A stretch of 64,000 nt of DNA. Source: a virus. Its lineage: Duplodnaviria > Caudoviricetes. The stretch lies in the IMG/VR virus record IMGVR_UViG_3300032007_000010; one strand, written 5' to 3'. Positions 1 through 9,000 of this stretch are shown here, piece after piece. Both the position numbers and the translations under genes were made by a program. Numbering within the stretch: position 1 is the stretch's first letter; each line of letters opens with the position of its first letter. The notes beneath the pieces were generated by a model. The model worked only from the letters and a program-made list of their open reading frames with translations, did no database searches and was not told the origin of the DNA.

Positions 1-318
1 CAGCGTTCTAATCGCTTTTTCGAAGTAGCTATGGTTGGCCGCGGCATTGGGTGAATATATGTGACTGAAGCTACCAAAGGACGACACTCGTGGACGCTCG
101 GTCTTCATTGGATATTCATACATGATGATGCGTATGGTTTCGTAGCTGCGCTCTGAGGCAATCTTTTCAGCTTTTTTGAGAGCTTTCTTTTGCGCCTTAT
201 CCATATCCCAGTGACGCTGCTCAAAATATTCACGCAGACATCTGTCCGCATCGTAGTATCGACGCGGATATTTATCATTGTAGCGCTTCAGACGCTCTCT
301 TCGTGACCTTATTTTCAT
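1..318 (-). CDS. Partial (runs off window) RusA-like Holliday junction resolvase candidate
   Basis: ATG at 318 with GGAGG SD; translation MKIRSRRERLKRY...YPMKTERPRVSFGSFSHIYSPNAAANH resembles the P-x-x-x-x-RPR...H-x-Y-x-P N-terminal motif of RusA-like proteins. Confidence 0.5.
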   Translation of the reverse strand, partial: MKIRSRRERLKRYNDKYPRRYYDADRCLREYFEQRHWDMDKAQKKALKKAEKIASERSYETIRIIMYEYPMKTERPRVSSFGSFSHIYSPNAAANHSYFEKAIRTL

Positions 319-381
319 GCAGAAGCCTCCATCGGATGATGTTTCGATATTAAAATATTGTAGTAGATATTGTATAAAATG

Positions 382-414
382 AAATCGGAGGGGTATTATC
401 CCCTCCGATTTTTC
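382..414. terminator. Intrinsic terminator hairpin after the 420..2963 gene
   Basis: aaatcggaggggtattatcccctccgattttt inverted repeat with T tract. Confidence 0.7.
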
Positions 415-419
415 ATTGG

Positions 420-2963
420 TCAGATTCCATAGATACGTGTGTTTGCCAGCTGCGCAAGTCGACCGGAGATGAGGTTCATATATCCGCTACCGATCGCCTG
501 GGTTTGGCGTGCCAGTGATCCGGCGAAGAGCTCAACGCGCAGACCGGGGTCGATGCGAAGCATGTTCACACCAGACATGGTTCCGATGAGATCCACGAGA
601 CCACTGTTGTTGAAGAAGATCGTTATGGCCTTGGTGCTTGGCATGACTGATGGACTCTGTCCATTCTTAGGAGCCGCCGTGAATTTTGATATGGAGAGCT
701 GTTGATACAGATCCTGGATCATGACCGATACGTCGATCTCGGTCGGAACACCATCGGCGGAGATCATTTCGCCGTCACCGAAGCGTTTCCACTCCATGCC
801 GGTGATGATGCCCATCTCAACGTTGAAATATCCCTTGGACGATGCTCTTACCAGAAACGGCGACGAGTAGTTCATGATCGACTCATTGGACTGCGGAGCC
901 GCGAAGGCAAACCAGTGGAAGAACGGAACCAGCACGTAGCGCCATTTACAGAAGTTTGTTGCGTAGGGTGCGATGAACTTCATGTCTATCGGATAGCTAT
1001 GTGCAAAGTTGGAGCTCTCCCAGATTTCAGGCCAGCGAACATTCATCCCGTGAAATGAATTTGTGAGATATGCGCTCAGACTGCTGGCAATGTTTCTGGC
1101 ACCGTTGATGAGTCCACTCCTGGAGTTTAGATCAGCGATCGCCGTCTCGTAGCTCTGTGTATCGATGGCATCGACGTTGACACCTGCGGATCCGGCGAGA
1201 AAGTCGAGCTCGCGCGCCGTGGCGGATATGTTATTCATCATCGACGCAAACTTTGACTCGCCGGTGCTATTTCCGATGCTATCGCTTATGGCCGAGAGCG
1301 GATCGAAGGCAAAGGATACGCCGATATCCATGCCAACAACTTCCTGGAACCAGTTCCACTTCTTGTCAACGGCCGCATCGAACTTGGACCAGTCGAACTG
1401 GTGACAGTAGTAGGTTGTACCATCGCCACCCGCCATGCGTTCCTCTTCGAGGCCCATGAGCTTGGCCGATGTTTGGCATAGCGCATTCACGTAGTTGTAG
1501 TACTCGACGAAGGCATTGCTCGTATCGAGAGAATAGTATTGATACACATCCGCGGCATTGGCATCGTTGTTCAGCTGGTTGAGCGCATTCTCCACATCAT
1601 CGTACCAGTTGGGGATCCAGTCTCTGAGCAGATTGCGGTTTTGCGTTCCTCTACCGCTGAGCCCGAGCATTCCTCCGAGGAAGGACTCGCTCACCTGGGA
1701 AAGGAACTTTGGACGACCCGGAACCACAACAACGATCGGCATGTTTGCGGCGATCTCTTTGGCAAAGGTTCTACCATAGAAGTCGGTGACACTGTTTACC
1801 GGGGACATCACGTTTCCGTTCTCGTTCCCCGAAGTAACCTCACCGACAGTGTTGTAGCGTCTATCGGTGAGACTCGTGTATTGGAATGGCATGCCATGAA
1901 CAAACATCATGCTTCCGATCGGATTGCTCATGAATGCTGTCTCCAGAGTGTTGTAGATGAATAGCTCTTCGTAGGTGTTTTCCACCGAGGCGGTGACAGC
2001 TGCGCTGCCGCCAAAGCCGCCGAGCCGCCCAGAGTCGCTGCCGAAGGTATTGCTGCTCGAGTATTCACCTCTGCGCGGATTCACCGAACCGGCACGAGAT
2101 GCGTTTGCGATCTTTGTGTTGACGATGCTGCGGTCGATGACGCGATCGGTGACTGGGCCATTGACCCAGCTCGATCCAACCGGTGTTACATTGGAGCTGA
2201 TGCTGGTTCCGGAGATGACCTTGTTCCAGATATCTTTCACCGCGGCCACGATACCGGTGTCGGTGCTCTGACCAGCATTCCGCAGATCTTCTGTGCTCAC
2301 ATTTCTACGAGGATTCACCGAGCCTCTCTTGGTGTTGGTGGAAGATGCCCTGAGAGTCGCTCTCTGTATGGTGCTCGTGAGGGGTTTGACTACTGGATTC
2401 TCGATGATGCGGTCCTTGCCATTGATGGTAATGGAATAGTTCATGAGAATCCAGTTCCCAACCATGTCGGCGGTATCGTTATCATCTATCGCAGCTATGC
2501 GAAAGCGTGTTTGGTAGAGACCGTTCACGTATAGATTAACTCTACGATCAACGGTTATAACATTTCCGATTGTGGAGGCCACAATAAATGGCTCTGTGGA
2601 ATCACTGTTTTCGTATATGATGATTTTTGTACCGTTGACGACAAGTGATTCGGATATTACCTCAGAAATGCCATCATCCGACAAATTGGACGTTTCCGGT
2701 TCATCCGCTGTCTGAATCGGCATAACCTGCAGACCGTCGATGGCTGTCCAGAAACCCTTCAACGTGTCATCGTCAAAGCCCGAAACCATCGTGTCGATGC
2801 GCAGAAACTTTACCGATCCGATGACGATCTCACCATCCGTCACAAAGGTCACGTTTGCCGGGAGCGTGGTTGCGCTGGGCTTGATGTCATTTGGCCTGTG
2901 ATATAGTCGCATCGGCCTCTCCGTGCGACACATGTGGGACGTATTGACAATCGAATATGCCAA
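420..2963 (-). CDS. Jumbo-phage virion structural protein (baseplate hub-like)
   Basis: 847 aa, TTG start with AAGGAGG SD, late-type promoter upstream, adjacent to the tape-measure-like gene; GMPFQY..DRR..YGRTF..PGRPKF motifs typical of phiKZ/AR9-like structural proteins. Confidence 0.55.
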   Translation of the reverse strand: MAYSIVNTSHMCRTERPMRLYHRPNDIKPSATTLPANVTFVTDGEIVIGSVKFLRIDTMVSGFDDDTLKGFWTAIDGLQVMPIQTADEPETSNLSDDGISEVISESLVVNGTKIIIYENSDSTEPFIVASTIGNVITVDRRVNLYVNGLYQTRFRIAAIDDNDTADMVGNWILMNYSITINGKDRIIENPVVKPLTSTIQRATLRASSTNTKRGSVNPRRNVSTEDLRNAGQSTDTGIVAAVKDIWNKVISGTSISSNVTPVGSSWVNGPVTDRVIDRSIVNTKIANASRAGSVNPRRGEYSSSNTFGSDSGRLGGFGGSAAVTASVENTYEELFIYNTLETAFMSNPIGSMMFVHGMPFQYTSLTDRRYNTVGEVTSGNENGNVMSPVNSVTDFYGRTFAKEIAANMPIVVVVPGRPKFLSQVSESFLGGMLGLSGRGTQNRNLLRDWIPNWYDDVENALNQLNNDANAADVYQYYSLDTSNAFVEYYNYVNALCQTSAKLMGLEEERMAGGDGTTYYCHQFDWSKFDAAVDKKWNWFQEVVGMDIGVSFAFDPLSAISDSIGNSTGESKFASMMNNISATARELDFLAGSAGVNVDAIDTQSYETAIADLNSRSGLINGARNIASSLSAYLTNSFHGMNVRWPEIWESSNFAHSYPIDMKFIAPYATNFCKWRYVLVPFFHWFAFAAPQSNESIMNYSSPFLVRASSKGYFNVEMGIITGMEWKRFGDGEMISADGVPTEIDVSVMIQDLYQQLSISKFTAAPKNGQSPSVMPSTKAITIFFNNSGLVDLIGTMSGVNMLRIDPGLRVELFAGSLARQTQAIGSGYMNLISGRLAQLANTRIYGI

Positions 2964-2990
2964 GGAGCATTCCTCCTTTCCTTATTGCTC

Positions 2991-3004
2991 ATTATTAGAA
3001 TGTC
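2991..3004 (-). promoter_or_regulatory. Late promoter GACA-N6-TA
   Basis: GACATTCTAATAAT upstream of the structural gene; matches the window-wide consensus. Confidence 0.55.
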
Positions 3005-3056
3005 AAACTTTTGAGAAAGATGAATGGGACACCAAGATCGGTGTCCCATTCATGTG

Positions 3057-6000
3057 TCAGCGTGTGGTAAGTCGATCGATGATTTTGGAGCCGGCTTGGC
3101 CCGAAACATCCATGTTAAACGTCGAGGAGAAATCATCAGCTCTCGAGGTGGGAACCGCGGACGATCTTCCGCCAATCGCGGAAGTGCGTGTATCTACCGT
3201 GGTGTTGTCCTTGATGTCACTCAGAAGCTGAATCATCTGACCAAGCGATGTGGTGAGCAGCGAGAGCATGGCTTCACTGTTGCCTCCGGTCGTCGCCTGG
3301 GAGACGGCCCCGGTGATGGCCTTGGTGATTTCCTCGGCGGTGGATTGATCCTTCGCCTCGGTCCGCGCCTGCTCAAACTGATCATTGATTTCTCTGACGC
3401 GCATGTTGAGACTGTTGAGATTGGTTGTGTCATGACCTCTTCCCCAGCGTCTTCCACCACCATACTCGAGTCTCTTGAAGTCGCCGGCAGAACCGTTATA
3501 TCCAGCCGCTTCGGAAACTTCACGGGCATTGGCCGTGGCCTCGGCATCGGAACCGAGAGTCTTGAGCGCATCGTAGATCTGCTGGCCATAGCTGGCACGC
3601 GTATTCTCGACTGCGGCGGACTGATTCTTCGGCTGCTCAAAGTTGTGGAGCACGATGTCGGATGCCTGCTTGACGGTTCCGGCACCCTTGATCGCCCCGA
3701 GCACAGAATCCTTGTAGCTGGGTTTGTTCAGCTCGTTCCAGAGGTGGTCTAGCTGCAGCCCAACATCCGCGATCGAAGAACCTGTGGATTTCTTCAGGTC
3801 ATAGAGTTCCTGCTTGCGTGTGTGGTAGGTCCACTGAGCGAGTCCATATCCTCCGCCTCCGGGTCCGTTGTGAACAAAGTCATGCTCGGATATCGCACCC
3901 GAATCAACCTTGCTGCGATACTCCTCGTCATAGGCCGTGCGATTCTTTTGTCGATAGTCACCTTGTACGGCCTCCGGCCTTATCCCGGATTCGGCATAGA
4001 TGTTGCCCATGAGACCGGCGGTCGCAACCGCGGAGAGTCCCTTGTTGCGCAAATAGTTCCAGACCTTCTCACGGTTTGTGGTGCCGGAGATGTTGCTACC
4101 CTTTGTGCCGGATACGGTCTCCGTGGATCCTGTGGAACCGGCGTTTGCGCTCATGTCGTTGTCGGGGGTGCCGCCCCAGAGTGCATCGTTGGCTGTCTGC
4201 AGAATGCGAGTCAGCTTGCCGAGGAACCCAAGCGACGAATAGTCGTCACCGAAGGGGCTGCTGCTTGCAACGGTGGTGGTTCCGGTAAAACTGCCCGGAT
4301 CAGTGTAGCTGAAGGTTTCACCGTTTATGAATTTCTTGTATCTGCGCACGGCAAATACGCACCTTTGACGACTTTCGTCGAGTCGGACTTCGTTCGGTCC
4401 GGGCTGGGAACCATTCGTACCGCCTCCATGGCTCATGTCGATGCCGTTACCAACGTACATTTCGGTATGATTTGACTTGTACTTTGGATTGTACATGTAG
4501 ACGATGTCGCCGGGCTGGAGCTTGCTTAGATCAAAGGTCCTGCCGGGTGCGGTACCGGGCTGACCGAACCGATAGATATCCTGGAATCTTCCATCCTTGG
4601 ATTGCTCGGCGCTGGAAGCGGACATGTTCATTTCGTTGAGCACCTTGCGATAGGCCCAGCCAACGGTGGATGCACAGGATGCGATGCCGCGGTCTGGATC
4701 CTGGATGGAACTCTTGCAGCTGTACTGGATGCGACCCTTGATGCTATACATCGCGTTGACGAGCGCATTCTGTGCCTCGATGATCTTCGCGGCCTCCGCG
4801 TTGCTATCATTCACGACAACACCATCGAGTCGTACCCTGGCATCGCTGCTGTTGGTGACACCGAGGGATCGCTGAACTCCCACATTGTGCGCATAGAGAG
4901 GATCGTTCATGGCCGCTGCTCTGTTCGCCGCAGCTTCGGTTTGCTTTCCCACATTGTATTGGAGAAGCGGATCAGTCGTCGGTCCGCGACCCCAGCGTCC
5001 ACGGCCGGTGCTGTGCGAATATATGGCATTGTGGGTATTCTTTGCGATGCTGCGAATATTGCCGACACCGAAGGAACCGGTATACGGATCAGCATACTGC
5101 ATCGAATTCCCAGCGATTCTGCGACCAACGATGTAATGCTCATCGGGACCGAATGCGCCACCCTTGCCCATGAGCACGACGGGCTCGTTGCGGTTCAGGT
5201 TGGAGCGAATCGCATGTTCGGAGACCGGACCCTCGTTCATGTAGTAGCCGCGACCCCAGCGTCCACGGCCGAGATTTCCGAAGAACTCGGGATTGGTGCC
5301 GCCATCATTGGCTCGCATGCCCATGCGACGGGATAACGCATCCATGTCAGCGGGTGTGGCCGTATCACCGTAGGCAGATGCCACCATGGCCGCCGCCGTC
5401 GGTCCACAACCATCCCCGGCAAGATTGCTCCAGCGCATGTCGTCCTGACTATACACCTTCATCATGTTGGATCCGCGACCCCAGCGCCCACGACCATGTT
5501 GTCTCCTGTCGGTACCAGTCTTATGCGCAATGAGGCGCTGGAAACCACTCGAATTGACCACCTGCTGGTTCTTTTCGTAGCTGAGGTAATCATCCATCGT
5601 GTAGTCGGAATAATTAACCCAGGGTTTGCTGGAGTCTCCGCCGCTCTGCAGGAATTCGCCGTAGGACTGGCGCGCCGTTTCTTGCTTGGCCGCAAGCTGC
5701 TCGCGTTCCTCGATGGGACCAAGCCAATCCCAGAGCCATCCGGCGATTGACTTGCCGGAGATGATTCCACAGAGAAGACCGGATATTGCTTCGCCGGCGC
5801 CGGCGGCAAAGGTCATACCGGCGGTGACATCGTTGGGGAGAACCTCGAAGTAGTTCTGCGCGTAGTATGACCCCTTGATGAAATCGATGACCGCCATGGC
5901 GATCGTGAAGTACTTGCCAATCAATCTGGCCGTGTTCTGAATTTCGGCCGCGGATAGGGTCTTGATCACGTCATCAACATGACCAAGCACGAGGCTCGTC

Positions 6001-9000
6001 GCTTCCTGCGCCGTGGCTTTTCCGGTCACCTTGGCGAGGGCACTGGCAACCACCTTGTTGCTGAAAAACTTTGTGATGAGTTTCTGTGCCTGGTTGAGCA
6101 ATGCTGGACCGCCTCTCAGAGCAGTTCCGCTGGCCGTGCCACCCGAACGTAACCACGTGGTGAGACCACCGGCAGCGCCGCTGAGATAGCTAATCAAGCG
6201 TGTTCCAATCTTTGGAATGTTTGCGGCTACTCGATAGCCGTCCCCACGGTTGGCAGCCACGGCGGTGCCCGCCAGTGCGCTGAACACACCCAAGCCAGAT
6301 TCCGGTGCTGCGAGCGATCCGGTGTTTCCCGGAAGCGATAGCAAACCACTGCCCGCGGCAGCTCCTGCGCCTGCGGCTCCGGCCGTTGCCGTGCCACCGG
6401 CGAGAGCAGTTGCGGTCCTCAGACCTGCTATGGTGAGCACTGCGTTTTTGATCGTATTGAAGATGCCATCTCCGCTAAACGTGTTGAGCAAATTGCCGAG
6501 CATGTCTAGGATCGACGTTTTCTTCTCAGGATCACCGACAACCTGAAGCATGCGATTGTTGGAATTCATCGATGCGGCGTCGCGGATAGCGATCACCTCG
6601 GTCATGCTCTTGGCATTGGCGATGGCCTTGTCATAGGCCTGACCCTGATCACCGGCACCCTCCGCATCGTGATCAACCTTCGCATAGGTGCGAACATAGT
6701 TTCTGAAATCGACAACCTCATCGGTTCCTGCCGCATTGGCATCGCCGAGACCCTCGATTCCATTTCTTTGCTGCATGAGATCTTGCAGATCAGACGGTTT
6801 GGTCGGTCTATTGATGCTTTGGAGAATACCCTTTGCGGTTCCGAGGATCTCCGCGAGGTATCCATTGCCCTGGTTGAGGGCCACAAGCTCCGTGTCAGCA
6901 TCCGTGAGATCCTGCAACGTTGGATTTACGCGAGTCTTTTTATCCCGAGTTTTGCGTTCGCGCTTCTCCACCTTGCCGGTCGCGATAAACTCGAGGAGCT
7001 TGAACGGAGATGATAGTGCTCCCCCGACCATCTTTGCTCCAAAATTGAACAGACCCTTTGCTCTGCGCTTGAGGAACCCGGAGATACCATCTCGACCTTC
7101 TTCGTCGCCAAAGATTTTACCAACAACCTTTCCCGCGATCTTATCCCCAATGTTTACGAGTCCACCGAAGATCTTAGAACTGGCCTTCTTGAGCTTATCC
7201 TGGAGACCCTTGGCAGATCTGGATAGACGATCGAGGATGTCCTCCTTGAACCAGTCAGAGAATCGCTCGGTGAGTCCCTTGATCTTATCGGCGAGCGGGT
7301 CGATCATTTTCTTCTCGATGGAATCGTAGGCCTTGCCGAAGAGACCGCCTTCCTTGACCTTTTTCTTGGTGACGATTCTCTTGCCAGTCTTCGGGTCAAC
7401 CTCGCTGATCTCACGTTCGACATCCTCACCGAAGAGCATCTTCTGAAATCTGTCCGCGGAACCGAGTCCAACCAATCCGCCCAGGATACCCATGACCGGT
7501 CCGGCCACGGTGAGTCCGGGAAGAAGTCCCATGGAAGATACCGCAGACCACACACCCTTTCCGGCCAGGAAGCCGAGGGTTGCGGGTGGTGCATACTTTT
7601 TCAAATGTGCGGCGATCTTATCGCGCATGTTCTTGGAGATGATGCCGGAATCGCCCGTGACATCATCCTCATCGCCGAACAGGATACGCCTAAACTCGCT
7701 CGAGGATGCACCGAGACCGCCGATCGAGCCGATGAATGCTCCGAGTCCAGGCCCGATGCCAAAGGGTAACAGGCCAATTCCACCGGCGATGGCACCGGCA
7801 ACGAGGCCCTTCTTCATGCCGGGGAGGTATTTTGAATACACGTCCCAGGCTTTGTCTCCGAGCTTTCCACCCTTCCTCGTCTTCCGATCATGGGTGAAGC
7901 TAAGACCGGTCACCGGGTCAACACGAGTCTCCGTCTCGGTCACTTCGTCACCGAAGAGCATCTTCGTGAGATTCTCAGAACCATCGATGAGACCTCTGGT
8001 TGCACCGACGATCGAATGGAAGATTGGACCACCGGGGATGAACAATGATGTCAGAAGGCCGGTGCTCGCGCCGATGACCATGTTTGGCGCAGAACCCCGA
8101 AGCTCGTTCTTAACCTTCTCCAGCTTTTCCTTGGAGTCGTCCGAGCCAAACATCATATCGCCAAATTCATCGAAGCGACGACGGAGATTGCCAACGAATC
8201 CGGAGTATGTTGTCGTGGTTCCATGGGTCGGAGAATTCTCCTCACGTTTACCCTTACCATCCACGTATGCACCATAGAGGAATTTGTCGAGACCATTCTT
8301 GGCTCTGGCATAGGTCAATCCCTTGGATTCTTTGCCTATGTCACCGACAACGTTCATTGCGCCGGAAACCCAGCCTCCCTGGTACTGACCATTCTCATCC
8401 TTGGTTCCGAACACCGTTTCGGCGGCTTTGCGTTTTCTGTCATCCCAGTGCAAGAGATCCTTGAGTTCCTGACCGACTCGGGTGAAGAGTCCGGTATCCT
8501 TGTCAAAGAAGAATCTCTTCATCGGATCCCCGATATTCTTGGAGAACCAGTCCCTCGCCATGACAAAATGTGCCTGAACCGTTTTGGTGAGATAATCGGT
8601 GAGATTCACGTCCTCATCATCGAGATTGAGATGTCCAGCGGTACGTTCACCGTAGAGTATCTTGAACATCGTTTGGTCCGCGATGCGAAGACCGTTCTCG
8701 AAGAGTTTGAAGGGTTCACGTGCCAACCGTTTGAGCACCGCGATGATCCCGTCTTTGCCATCATATTTGACTCGCTGCCCACGAGTTGCGGCATCGCGGC
8801 CGAGAGGGTTATCGGGATCGAGATTCTTGGTCATGTTGAAGATCTCATCAAAGATCTGCTGATTGGTCATGTCACCATTGATCTCGATCGGAGACATGCT
8901 GTCCACGATGTAATCCCGGTGCAACTTCTGAGACGCCTCGCGCTGGATGCGCCGTCTGAGCTGTTCATCGGCATCATAGTCGCGACCCGTGCGTTTCTTG

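Noticed and set aside
4983-5495. CRISPR-like direct repeats (~24 nt)
   Set aside because: They are in frame within a CDS, spaced more than 200 nt apart and vary synonymously; they encode the GRGRWGRG peptide.
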